A DNA stretch of 32,000 nucleotides from Aliivibrio fischeri ES114 (GTDB taxonomy: Bacteria > Pseudomonadota > Gammaproteobacteria > Enterobacterales > Vibrionaceae): assembly GCF_000011805.1 (NCBI RefSeq), contig NC_006841.2. One strand, written 5' to 3'. Below, in pieces: positions 17,765 through 27,268 of this stretch; the first letter of the stretch is position 1; every line of letters begins with the position of its first letter. Below the pieces are notes generated by a model. The model was given only the letters and a program-made list of their open reading frames with translations, was not told the DNA's origin and searched no databases. The position numbers were made by a program, and so were the translations under genes.

Positions 17765-19674
17765 TAAAAATCTTCCAAATAGGTGTAACCCATTAAGCCT
17801 TGCTCTAACTCTTCAAGCACGCTTTGTTGTTCTTCTTCTGCAACTTTCGCTGTTACCATGTCTTTGTAGTTTTGACGGATCAAATCCACATCGATATGTA
17901 CATAACGCATCATATCTTCAACGGTATCGCCTTCATTGATGTAATCAATATTTGCTTCGCCGTTTTCATCAACATTAACAACAACACTGTGAGTATCACC
18001 AAATAGGTTATGCATATCACCTAAAATTTCTTGGTATGCGCCCACTAAGAAGAAGCCCATTAAATAAGGCTCATCAGGGTTCCAAGCTGGTACTGGTAAC
18101 GTTGTTTCAATACCTTGACCATCAACATATTGATCAATCGTACCGTCTGAATCACACGTAATATCCAATACAACAGCACGATGCTCATCCGCATTATCAA
18201 GACCGCTTAGTGGTAACACAGGGAACACCTGATCAATACCCCACGCGTCTGGTAATGATTGGAACAGAGAGAAATTCACAAAGAATTTATCCGCTAAACG
18301 CTCACTTAACTCATCCAAGATTGGACGGTGGTAGCGGTTCTTAGTACTCATTTTTACGCTTAACTCATAGTTAATACGTAATGATACTTGCTCTGCCCAT
18401 GCTCGATGCTGAAGGTTAATCATACCTGTCGCAAACTGATTATGAGCCTCTGCTACGTCACATTGAGTATCGTTATAAATTTCAATTAACGCACGATCAT
18501 CGCTGCCGTTTTCTAACTGTTCTAAGTTACGCCACATATTGTGTAATAACAATGGATCATCAGCACGAGGCGCTTCAATGGCTTCAGGCGTATAGCTTTC
18601 TGTACCAATAACATTGGTAATTAACACCGCGTGATGCGCCGTTAACGAACGGCCAGATTCAGAGATGATCACTGGCATTGGTTGTGAGTAAAGCTGACAA
18701 ATATCACCAATCGTCATTACGATATTACGCGCGTATTCAGCCAAACCGTAGTTCATCGAGTTAGATGATTGACTGCGAGTTCCATCGTAATCTACCGCTA
18801 AACCACCACCCACATCGAGGTATTTTAGTTTTGCGCCAATATCACGTAATTCACAGTAAAAACGAGCCGCTTCACTCACCCCATTACGAACATCACGAAT
18901 GTTTGCCATTTGTGAGCCTAAATGGAAATGCACAAGCTCTAAAATATCTAATTGGTCTTCTGCTTTTAGACGATTAATAACCGTTAATACCTGAGAAGCA
19001 GACAAACCAAATTTCGATTTTTCACCACCACTTGCTTGCCATTTCCCTGCACCTTGAGAAGCAAGACGAATACGCAAGCCAAGACGTGGTTTAACACCTA
19101 ATGCTTTTGCTTCAGATAGAACTAAATCTAATTCTGATAATTTTTCTAGAACGATAAAAACACTGTGACCAAGTTTCTCACCAATCAGTGCTAAGCGAAC
19201 ATACTCACGGTCTTTATAACCATTACATACGATAACTGAACTCGCTTTTTGAGCTAGCGCTAATACGGCCAATAGTTCAGGTTTACTGCCTGCTTCTAAG
19301 CCTAATTGCTTCTGCTCTAATTGCGCCTGACTTGCAAGAATTTCATCAACCACTTCTTTTTGCTGGTTTACTTTAATTGGGTAAACAAGAAGATAGTGGT
19401 TTTCATATTGGTATTCATCAATCGCTTGGTTAAATGCATTACAAATATTATGCACACGCTGATGAACGATTTGGGGAAAACGAACCAAAGCAGGCAATCC
19501 AATATTTCGCTGCTCTAATTGATTCACAATATGACTTAGTGGAACTTGGTGACTCGCGTCAGTGCGTGGTGAAACATAAACCTCACCATTGTCATCAATA
19601 CCATAAAAACCTTGGCTCCAGTGCTTTACATTATACTCAGCACGGATACGTTCCAAATTAACCGAATGTTCCAA
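17764..19674 (-). CDS. speA: Biosynthetic arginine decarboxylase
   Basis: 636 aa with [60 protein letters not shown]. Its stop codon overlaps the speB start by 1 nt. Confidence 0.97.
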   Translation of the reverse strand: MEHSVNLERIRAEYNVKHWSQGFYGIDDNGEVYVSPRTDASHQVPLSHIVNQLEQRNIGLPALVRFPQIVHQRVHNICNAFNQAIDEYQYENHYLLVYPIKVNQQKEVVDEILASQAQLEQKQLGLEAGSKPELLAVLALAQKASSVIVCNGYKDREYVRLALIGEKLGHSVFIVLEKLSELDLVLSEAKALGVKPRLGLRIRLASQGAGKWQASGGEKSKFGLSASQVLTVINRLKAEDQLDILELVHFHLGSQMANIRDVRNGVSEAARFYCELRDIGAKLKYLDVGGGLAVDYDGTRSQSSNSMNYGLAEYARNIVMTIGDICQLYSQPMPVIISESGRSLTAHHAVLITNVIGTESYTPEAIEAPRADDPLLLHNMWRNLEQLENGSDDRALIEIYNDTQCDVAEAHNQFATGMINLQHRAWAEQVSLRINYELSVKMSTKNRYHRPILDELSERLADKFFVNFSLFQSLPDAWGIDQVFPVLPLSGLDNADEHRAVVLDITCDSDGTIDQYVDGQGIETTLPVPAWNPDEPYLMGFFLVGAYQEILGDMHNLFGDTHSVVVNVDENGEANIDYINEGDTVEDMMRYVHIDVDLIRQNYKDMVTAKVAEEEQQSVLEELEQGLMGYTYLEDF

Positions 19675-19956
19675 ATCTAGACCTCACACAATAGGGCCAT
19701 CAAAAGAAAATACTTCGTTGGAATATCGAAGCATAACCTAACAATCCTTGTAATCTAACAAGTTGTCGACGGCATTAACTAACATTCTTTAAACGTAGTC
19801 CAATAATGAATATTTATCGTAAGAATCGAAAAAATTTGTCGTTATTTTGCTTCAAAATTGAGAGATAAAACTGTAACGCTTTTTGTCATTATCCTTGTTT
19901 ATCTGATACGAAACAGTAGAATCTCATTCAATATTTGCTGTAATTAATATGTTCTT

Positions 19957-21216
19957 ATGCCAAAACTGAATCTGCATCGCCGTGACTATGTATCAATCTT
20001 AGGAGGCGATATCTCTGCAGATAAATTAGAGCAATCGCTCAACCCTCATTTTGAAAAACCACTAAACAAAATCACTCCAAGCCCTTACCTAACTGAAAAA
20101 AATCTGACTCGTCGTTGGGATAAACTTGCAAAACCTGAACTTCAATCAGAACTTCTCGATCCACACACACAAAATCAAATGCATGTGTACGAGAAAAACA
20201 TCGAGCATTTTATTGGCACGGTAAAACTGCCAGTTGGTCTTGCAGGCCCATTACGAGTGAATGGCTTATTTGCCAATGATGATTACTTAGTGCCTCTTGC
20301 CACCACAGAAGCCGCCTTAGTCGCCTCTTATAACCGTGGAGCACAGCTATTGACGGCAAGTGGCGGCGCAAGTGCAATGCTGTTAAACGAAGGGGTAACA
20401 CGAACGCCTGCGTTTGCCTTTTTTGGTTTAGCCGAAGCGGGACAGTTTGTGGCATGGGCGGTGACTCAATATGACACATTCAAACAACTGGCTGAATCCA
20501 CCACTTCTCATGGGAAACTCAGCGACATTAATATCAGTATTGAAGGCAATCATGTTTATTTGGTATTCGAGTTTTTAACTGGTGATGCTTCAGGACAAAA
20601 CATGGTAACCATTGCGACCAATGCCGTGTTTAGCTACATCATGGAAAACTCCCCTATCACGCCTGAAAATGCCTATTTAGATGGTAATTTATCAGGGGAT
20701 AAGAAAGCCAGTAGCCAAACTCTCCGTAGTGTTCGCGGAAAAAAAGTCACTGCCGAAGCACACATCCCTGCGAAGTTAGTGAAAAAGTACTTACACACTA
20801 CCCCTGAAAAAATGATGCAGTTTACCCAAATGAGTACGGTTGGTGCGACGCTCAGTGGAACTATAGGTATTAATGCTCATTATGCTAACGCCCTTGCCGC
20901 TCTTTATATCGCTTGCGGGCAAGATGCGGCGTGTGTGGCTGAATCAGCCATTGGGATGACTCGCATTGAAGTGGATAGAAATGGGGACTTATACGCAAGT
21001 GTCACTCTACCTAACCTTATGCTTGGTACGGTTGGCGGTGGTACCGGATTACCAAGCCAAAAAGCGTGCTTAGAATTAATGGGATTGCATGGCGCAGGTA
21101 AATCTCAAGCACTGGCTGAAGTATGTGCTGCTTTATGTTTAGCTGGAGAGTTATCCATCGTAGGGGCATTCTGTGCGGGGCACTTCTCTCGAGCCCATCA
21201 TAAATTAGCTCGTTAA
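19957..21216 (+). CDS. mvaA: Hydroxymethylglutaryl-CoA reductase (class I type, NADPH)
   Basis: FIGTVKLPVGLAGPLRVNG, LATTEAALVASYNRGA, GDASGQNMVTIAT, TVGGGTGLPSQKACLELMG are HMGR signature motifs. Confidence 0.95.
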   Translation: MPKLNLHRRDYVSILGGDISADKLEQSLNPHFEKPLNKITPSPYLTEKNLTRRWDKLAKPELQSELLDPHTQNQMHVYEKNIEHFIGTVKLPVGLAGPLRVNGLFANDDYLVPLATTEAALVASYNRGAQLLTASGGASAMLLNEGVTRTPAFAFFGLAEAGQFVAWAVTQYDTFKQLAESTTSHGKLSDINISIEGNHVYLVFEFLTGDASGQNMVTIATNAVFSYIMENSPITPENAYLDGNLSGDKKASSQTLRSVRGKKVTAEAHIPAKLVKKYLHTTPEKMMQFTQMSTVGATLSGTIGINAHYANALAALYIACGQDAACVAESAIGMTRIEVDRNGDLYASVTLPNLMLGTVGGGTGLPSQKACLELMGLHGAGKSQALAEVCAALCLAGELSIVGAFCAGHFSRAHHKLAR

Positions 21217-21243
21217 TTAAAATGCCGTCAGATTTCCATATAA

Positions 21244-21276
21244 AAAATGGCACTTAATATGAGTGCCATTTCTTTT
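21244..21276. terminator. Rho-independent terminator between the convergent HMGR and lipocalin genes
   Basis: aaatggcac / gtgccattt stem followed by ctttt. Confidence 0.75.
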
Positions 21277-21296
21277 ATTTGCTATATCTAGCTTTA

Positions 21297-21839
21297 TTAT
21301 TTTTGCTCAACAAAGATAAGTTCATTTGTTTTAAAACCAAGTGATTGAGCGGTTGATACAAAACGTTCAATCACTTCTTGGTCCACTTTTTTAGTTCGTG
21401 AAAGTAGCCATAAATAATCGAGGTCAGGACCTGAAACAAAAGCATATTGATAATTTTCTTTATCTAACTCAAAAACAACATAAGAACCATAGAAAGGACC
21501 AAAGAAAGAAACTTTTAAATACCCCTCATCACTTCCATCAACAAATTTTGCTTTACCTAAAGCCTCACTCCATTGTTGATCTTGATCTGAAAAACCACGA
21601 TTAATAACCTTTACACTGTCATCCTCATTGATTGAGTATTCTGCACTTACTTGACTCAAGCCATCCTCAAAAGAATGATCCAAACGAGCTATCTCATACC
21701 AAGTACCAAGATAACGATTCAACTCAAAGCCTGTAACGGGTTCTACGCCTTTTGGCATTCCCAAACATCCATTGAGCATCATCAAAATAACAGCCCCAAA
21801 ACCCACTTTACTTATACTTTTAAACATCATTGTCTCCAT
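21297..21839 (-). CDS. blc: Outer-membrane lipoprotein lipocalin
   Basis: LMMLNGCLG lipobox and YLGTWYEIARLDHSFEDGLSQVSAEYS lipocalin motif. GGAGACA immediately upstream suggests the start is at one of the two ATGs just inside (about 21830/21827). Confidence 0.9.
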   Translation of the reverse strand: METMMFKSISKVGFGAVILMMLNGCLGMPKGVEPVTGFELNRYLGTWYEIARLDHSFEDGLSQVSAEYSINEDDSVKVINRGFSDQDQQWSEALGKAKFVDGSDEGYLKVSFFGPFYGSYVVFELDKENYQYAFVSGPDLDYLWLLSRTKKVDQEVIERFVSTAQSLGFKTNELIFVEQK

Positions 21840-22062
21840 TACTCTTATCTTTTTGTTATTACGATACTTTTCAACAAAAAGATCATCCCATAGTTAAATA
21901 TGACTGCGCCTTTATTTATTACGGTTTGGAATATTCATTATTCCTAAATGGTATTTAATTTTATTTATCATAAAACCAAAAATAAATTTGTGACTAATCG
22001 CATTTTTATTATACGCATGAGTACTTTTCATGCCCTTTTGATAATTAATATAAGAGCACTTT

Positions 22063-23214
22063 ATGAAACCCTTTTTTAGCTACTCTTTAACTGCCTCTGC
22101 TGTTTTGCTCAGTTTTAATGCCTTTTCTAGCGGATTATTTCTTCAGGAAGCAACCGTTGCGAATGCTGGTACAACAGGCGCAGGAGACGGCGTTTACACT
22201 GAATCTGCGGCTGCAATGTGGACAAACCCTGCCACCATGTCCTACATGGGAGAGAGTAAAACAACCATCAATGCCATGGCGTTTGATTTAGAAATGAAAT
22301 TTAATGATAACAATGGTTCAGAAGATGGCAAAGCACATTCAATTTTACCTTCAGCTGGCGCTTTTCATACTCAAGCGATAACAGACAAATTACACTTTGG
22401 TTTAGCACTTGGCGCTGTTGGAGGCTCAAGCTTAGACTATGGTAGTGACTGGGCTGGCAGTAAACTATTAGAAGATATCAGCTTGACTGCAATGCAGTTA
22501 AATCCTGCTTTAAGTTATCAAGTAAATGAACGATTATCATTAGGGGCTGGTTTACAATTTAGCTGGGCTTCTTTTGAGCAATCAATGTCAGGAATTACTG
22601 CTGAAAAAGATTCAGATTGGGCATATGGCTATAATCTAGGCGTTATGTATCAAGTTTCAGAACAAGCATCCATGGGCTTAAGCTACCGTTCAAAACTTGA
22701 GCATGAATTTAATAATAACATTAGCTTAGATAATTTTAATCCAACGCTTTCGAGTGGAATGATCATGCCTGATATTGTTGACCTCAGCACCAGTTATGCA
22801 TTAAGTAAAGATGTAAACTTATTAAGTAGCATACAGTTGCACCGTTGGAGCCACTGGGATTCGACCATTTTAGACGCAAACCTAGGTAATGGTGGTGCCG
22901 AAATAAAACGAGATTGGGATGATGCATGGAAATTCGCCATCGGTGCTGATTATCGTCTAAATTCTGATTGGCGTTTAAAGGCTGGATTCTCATATGAAAC
23001 CTCACCTCAAGATGATCCTTCGATGCAATGGGTAGATTTACCGGTAGGTGAACAATATCGCTACTCTGTTGGTGCATCCACATCATGGGACGGTATTACA
23101 ATGGATATGTTTTATGAATACGCCGATTTAGGCTCTGTTGATATGGATCGTTTAAATGTGAATGGTACCTTCGACGGCAGAATCCACTTTGTGGGCGTAA
23201 ACTTTACTTTTTAA
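22063..23214 (+). CDS. FadL/OmpP1/TodX-family outer-membrane transporter
   Basis: SGLFLQEATVANAGTTGAGDGVYTESAAAMWTNPATMSYM, 14-strand-like barrel sequence ending GRIHFVGVNFTF. Confidence 0.9.
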   Translation: MKPFFSYSLTASAVLLSFNAFSSGLFLQEATVANAGTTGAGDGVYTESAAAMWTNPATMSYMGESKTTINAMAFDLEMKFNDNNGSEDGKAHSILPSAGAFHTQAITDKLHFGLALGAVGGSSLDYGSDWAGSKLLEDISLTAMQLNPALSYQVNERLSLGAGLQFSWASFEQSMSGITAEKDSDWAYGYNLGVMYQVSEQASMGLSYRSKLEHEFNNNISLDNFNPTLSSGMIMPDIVDLSTSYALSKDVNLLSSIQLHRWSHWDSTILDANLGNGGAEIKRDWDDAWKFAIGADYRLNSDWRLKAGFSYETSPQDDPSMQWVDLPVGEQYRYSVGASTSWDGITMDMFYEYADLGSVDMDRLNVNGTFDGRIHFVGVNFTF

Positions 23215-23223
23215 AGAAAAAGT

Positions 23224-23257
23224 AAATGGCCTACCAATTGAGTTGGTAAGCCATTTT
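23224..23257. terminator. Bidirectional hairpin between convergent genes
   Basis: aaatggc-c-taccaa-ttgag-ttggta-a-gccattt. Confidence 0.65.
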
Positions 23258-23271
23258 AATTTGTTGGATCG

Positions 23272-24078
23272 TTAAAATTGATAGTTAAATTCAATTCGGT
23301 GATCACCATCAGCAAAGTGTGTATCTTCATTCCAATTAGCAAAGTAACGAATATTAGATCGTTTCGTGATCTGATAACTAATTGCGGCTTCATGAGTTAA
23401 CATTGCGTCGTTATCTACACCGTAAGCATTATTTTTATATTCATCAGATCCTGAAATTGTCCCTAAATACATTGGATTATAGTTAATCCAAATTTTATCG
23501 GTAATTTCAATTTTACTATACAGCCCTGCTACATAAAAAGAACCATGCAAATCATAACGATCTTGTGCCTGAGCCGCACCTTGATCGCCTACATCATAAG
23601 ATTCCCCAGCAGCTAAACCCAAACCAGCTAAAGGATATAAACTAACAGGTCCCATTTTTGGAAGAGCCTGTATAAAACTGTAAGAAGCTGAGCCTTGGTT
23701 ACGATCAAAATTCCAGTCAACATCAACCTGAGCACCACGCCCATTGGTTAAATCAACGCTAAAATTACGGAAGCGTATAGAGTCAATACTATCATCATTA
23801 TTTGCACGAGCATCGCCATTCCAACCAACAGCCTCACCAGCAATACCTTTGATTTCGATGATATTCATCCCCATCGTAATATCGCTGCCCGTATCATACG
23901 TTTGACCTATTTTTAAGTTCAGTCCCTTATCGGTATAGCCTGCACCAGCTTGAGTATAAACGGCCAATGGATCAGACATATCTTGAACATCATCTTGTTT
24001 GTCTTCAGCAAGCACAGTACCACTAAAAATAGACAGTCCAACAAGCGTAAATAACGATCTTGTCGTACACTTCTTCAT
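23272..24078 (-). CDS. Uncharacterised outer-membrane-beta-barrel-like protein, 268 aa
   Basis: MKKCTTRSLFTLVGLSIFSGTVLAEDKQ signal peptide, alternating hydrophobic strands, terminal aromatic (RIEFNYQF). The track's 387-aa version starting at 24435 carries an implausible N-terminal extension. Confidence 0.7.
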   Translation of the reverse strand: MKKCTTRSLFTLVGLSIFSGTVLAEDKQDDVQDMSDPLAVYTQAGAGYTDKGLNLKIGQTYDTGSDITMGMNIIEIKGIAGEAVGWNGDARANNDDSIDSIRFRNFSVDLTNGRGAQVDVDWNFDRNQGSASYSFIQALPKMGPVSLYPLAGLGLAAGESYDVGDQGAAQAQDRYDLHGSFYVAGLYSKIEITDKIWINYNPMYLGTISGSDEYKNNAYGVDNDAMLTHEAAISYQITKRSNIRYFANWNEDTHFADGDHRIEFNYQF

Positions 24079-24298
24079 TTCAATATCCCCTATAGTTATA
24101 TGCAAAGTCAAAGCAATGCATTTAATATAAATATTTTTATCAACAAAGGGACGATACGCGATGGATACTTCAGAGCCAATGATATGAAGGTTATATCGAA
24201 TATAACTATTTTGATATGTTAGATTTTTATCCACCAAAACCGTACAATCAACGGATTGAATATTCAAAAACAATATTGTTATTAAATAGGTAAAAGAT

Positions 24299-25489
24299 TT
24301 GCACACATTAGCGCAGTTACAATCTGGTGAATTACAAGGAATTACCCGATTACAATTAAGTGAACAACTCACTGAATTTCCAAAAGAAATCTTATCTCTT
24401 GCGGATTCATTAGAGATCTTAGATTTATCAAACAATCAACTAACTACGCTACCAAATGAGATAAATCAATTATCGAAATTAAAGATCTTTTTTGCATCAA
24501 ATAACCCGTTTACTGTATTTCCTGATGCTCTGGCACAATGTGAAAACCTTGAAATGATTGGGTTTAAGTCATGCCAGATTAAACAGATCTCCGAAAACGC
24601 TTTTCCACCGAAATTACGCTGGCTTATCTTAACGGACAACCAACTCGAAACAGTGCCAGATACTTTAGGTGAATGTAATTTAATGCAAAAACTGGCATTA
24701 GCCGGAAATAAGCTAACCGAACTACCAGATAATTTATCTCAGATGCATAATTTAGAATTACTGCGTATTTCTGCAAATCAATTAACAAAATGTCCAGATC
24801 AACTACTTGATTTACCAAAATTGGCTTGGTTTGCTTTTGCTGGTAATCCATTTTGTAAATCAGATCTAAAGATCAAATCAGTACCTACGGTCTCTTCAAG
24901 TGACTACACGTTAGAAAATGTATTAGGTCAAGGCGCATCTGGCGTTATTTCTAAAGCTCATTGGAATAAAGCGCAAACGGATTTCCCACAAGAAATCGCT
25001 GTTAAAGTATTTAAAGGCGAAGTCACAAGTGATGGATACCCTGAAGATGAGTTGCAAGCGTGTTTAAAAGTAGGCAATCACCCAAGTTTGGTACAATCGT
25101 TAGCACAAGTTAATGAAGAAAATCATCTCGCGTTGATCATGAACTTGATCCCTGCACATTACAAAAACTTAGGTTTACCACCTAGTTTAGAAAGTTGTAC
25201 ACGGGATACTTTTCCTAATGGGTTCAGTTTATCACTCGAAAAAATAAATAAAATGACATCGGAAATGTGCAATGTATTCAATCACCTGCACGATAATCAA
25301 GTGTGTCATGGTGATCTATACGCACACAACACGCTATTTGATAATGAAGCAAATATTATCTTTGGTGATTTTGGTGCCGCCAGTATGTACCACATGTTAA
25401 GTACTACACAGCAACAAAAGATAAGAACCATTGAAGAGCGAGCACTTAACCATTTTATTGATGATTTAATGAGTGTATGCGAACACTAA
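24299..25489 (+). CDS. Leucine-rich repeat protein fused to a protein-kinase-like domain
   Basis: Tandem LRRs (LEILDLSNNQLTTLPNEINQLSKL, LRWLILTDNQLETVPDTLGEC, MQKLALAGNKLTELPDNLSQM) followed by VLGQGASGVISKA, IAVKVFKGE, CHGDLYAHNTLFD, FGDFGAAS. TTG start with an upstream AGG. Confidence 0.88.
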   Translation: MHTLAQLQSGELQGITRLQLSEQLTEFPKEILSLADSLEILDLSNNQLTTLPNEINQLSKLKIFFASNNPFTVFPDALAQCENLEMIGFKSCQIKQISENAFPPKLRWLILTDNQLETVPDTLGECNLMQKLALAGNKLTELPDNLSQMHNLELLRISANQLTKCPDQLLDLPKLAWFAFAGNPFCKSDLKIKSVPTVSSSDYTLENVLGQGASGVISKAHWNKAQTDFPQEIAVKVFKGEVTSDGYPEDELQACLKVGNHPSLVQSLAQVNEENHLALIMNLIPAHYKNLGLPPSLESCTRDTFPNGFSLSLEKINKMTSEMCNVFNHLHDNQVCHGDLYAHNTLFDNEANIIFGDFGAASMYHMLSTTQQQKIRTIEERALNHFIDDLMSVCEH

Positions 25490-25526
25490 AGAGAAACTAA
25501 AATTTACAATGTAAACTTCAAAAATT

Positions 25527-25566
25527 AAAAAGCCATAAATGATCCTACATTTAAGGCTTTTTATTT
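25527..25566. terminator. Rho-independent terminator between the convergent LRR-kinase gene and astB
   Basis: aaaaagccataaatg / catttaaggcttttt (one mismatch). Confidence 0.8.
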
Positions 25567-25609
25567 AATTATTAATTAGTTAACTATTAAAAAATAACAG
25601 ATTATTCCG

Positions 25610-26956
25610 CTATTTTTGGAATGGATAAATAGAACCTAAATGCATAATTTGCGTTAATTCATCTAATGCTGCGCGAGATTCTACTAGCAATTGAGGATCC
25701 GCAAGATCTTTATCTTCAATACGGTCTCGATAATGCTTATCTGCCCATAGATTAAGAGTCGTAAATAGCTCTTCACTCATTAACGTATGTTGATTTACCG
25801 CCTTTTGCTCAGCTTCATTTAACACGACTCGCAAACGCAAACACGCTGGTCCACCACCATTTTGCATACTCTGTTTTAAATCAAAGGTATGTAACTCATC
25901 AATACCACACTTTTGCTCTACTAACTCATTTAAATAAGCCCATACTCTTGAATTTTGACGACAATGTTCAGGAAGAATAATCAAAGTAGTTCCATCAGCT
26001 TTGGTGATTAACTGACTATTAAACAGATACGTTTCTACTGCATCTTGAACGGATACTTTATCAGTTGGTACCTCGATAACATTAAAGCCAGAACCATAAG
26101 AATCACTCAAGTCAGACTTCACTTTTTCTTGATTCAGAAAAGCTTGTTGGTGACAAAACAATGTATTCTTATTTCCCACTGCAATTACATCGTTATGGAA
26201 GACACCTTGATCAATAACATCGGGATTCTGCTGTGCGAATACAGTGAATTGCTCACGTAAACCATGTGTACGAGCGATGGCTTCACTCGCTTCTAATGTC
26301 TGACGTGCTGGGTATTTTTTAGGAGCAAGATAACTTTCATTAAAGGCACTTTTTCCAAAAACAAAAAACTCAACCCCTTGCTCACCATACTCACGACAAA
26401 AACGAGTGTGGTTTGCAGCGCCTTCATCACCAAAATAATCACTGTGCGGTAATGCTTGATGGTGAACAAAGTGCTCCTCATCAGAAAAAGTGGCTTTTAA
26501 AATATTCCCCGTAACCTGATCCTCTATCGAACGGTGAAACTTATTAATTAAATTCGCTGGTGTGAAATGGACTTTCCCATCCGCTGTATCTGCACTTGGA
26601 GAAACAGTGCCAGCATTGGCCGTCCACATACTTGATGCAGAAGAACAAGCAGCAAGTAATTGAGGTGAATATTGATATGACTTTTTTAGTACTTCAGAAT
26701 CAGAGCCAGAAAAACCTAAACGTCGAAGTGTATGGATATCTGGACGCTCCTGCGGTGCAAGCACCCCTTGAACAAACCCCATATCATGCAATGCTTTCAT
26801 TTTTTCCAAACCTTGCTTTACTGCTTGTTTGGGATTAGACACACCAGATTGATTGCTTTTAGAGGCGATATTACCAACCGACAAGCCGCTGTAATTATGT
26901 GTAGGCCCAACGAGACCATCAAAGTTTGATTCAACTGTTTTCATATATTTCCTCAT
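25610..26956 (-). CDS. astB: N-succinylarginine dihydrolase
   Basis: [54 protein letters not shown]; 448 aa (start possibly 26944). Confidence 0.95.
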   Translation of the reverse strand: MRKYMKTVESNFDGLVGPTHNYSGLSVGNIASKSNQSGVSNPKQAVKQGLEKMKALHDMGFVQGVLAPQERPDIHTLRRLGFSGSDSEVLKKSYQYSPQLLAACSSASSMWTANAGTVSPSADTADGKVHFTPANLINKFHRSIEDQVTGNILKATFSDEEHFVHHQALPHSDYFGDEGAANHTRFCREYGEQGVEFFVFGKSAFNESYLAPKKYPARQTLEASEAIARTHGLREQFTVFAQQNPDVIDQGVFHNDVIAVGNKNTLFCHQQAFLNQEKVKSDLSDSYGSGFNVIEVPTDKVSVQDAVETYLFNSQLITKADGTTLIILPEHCRQNSRVWAYLNELVEQKCGIDELHTFDLKQSMQNGGGPACLRLRVVLNEAEQKAVNQHTLMSEELFTTLNLWADKHYRDRIEDKDLADPQLLVESRAALDELTQIMHLGSIYPFQK

Positions 26957-27207
26957 GACTGTTAAATGCTACTTGTTAAGCTCTTTGGCTCACTCTTTGG
27001 CATCGATATTAGCAAACTTATCTCTAATCAGTAGCATTTGATATCATCAAACAAGCGCACTATCACAACTTTTATTTAACATTTATCACAATTTAATTAA
27101 CTATTCTCTGTCATAAAATAACTATGCAGATTTTTATTCTAAAACAGCTATAAAGTCCCCTTACACCATAAAAACCATCATTGATAAAACCTATCAAAAT
27201 GATAGTT

Positions 27208-27246
27208 GATAATAATTCTCATTTGCATATACTAATAATCATTCGC
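27208..27246. promoter_or_regulatory. Two adjacent Fur-box-like sites
   Basis: gataataattctcatttgc (27208-27226) and tatactaataatcattcgc (27228-27246) each match the 19-bp Fur consensus at 14/19 (hand alignment). Confidence 0.5.
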
Positions 27247-27268
27247 ATTTACTAATGGTTTTTTTATT

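Noticed and set aside
18765-19661. Plus-strand ORFs opposite speA, including a His/Tyr-rich peptide
   Set aside because: His/Tyr/Gln-rich composition arises from the reverse complement of speA codons. No support for real genes.
19715-19733. Hairpin cttcg...cgaag in the speA leader as a riboswitch
   Set aside because: Only a 5-bp stem with no supporting structure, and no known class recognised.
20210-20479. 89-aa ORF antisense to HMG-CoA reductase
   Set aside because: Shadow ORF inside a well-supported enzyme gene, with no independent coding evidence.
24079-24435. 119-aa N-terminal extension of the 387-aa ORF on the minus strand
   Set aside because: Cys-rich, non-homologous sequence that overlaps the divergent LRR-kinase gene. 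The internal ATG at 24078 begins a clean signal peptide with a GGGGA-like RBS upstream.
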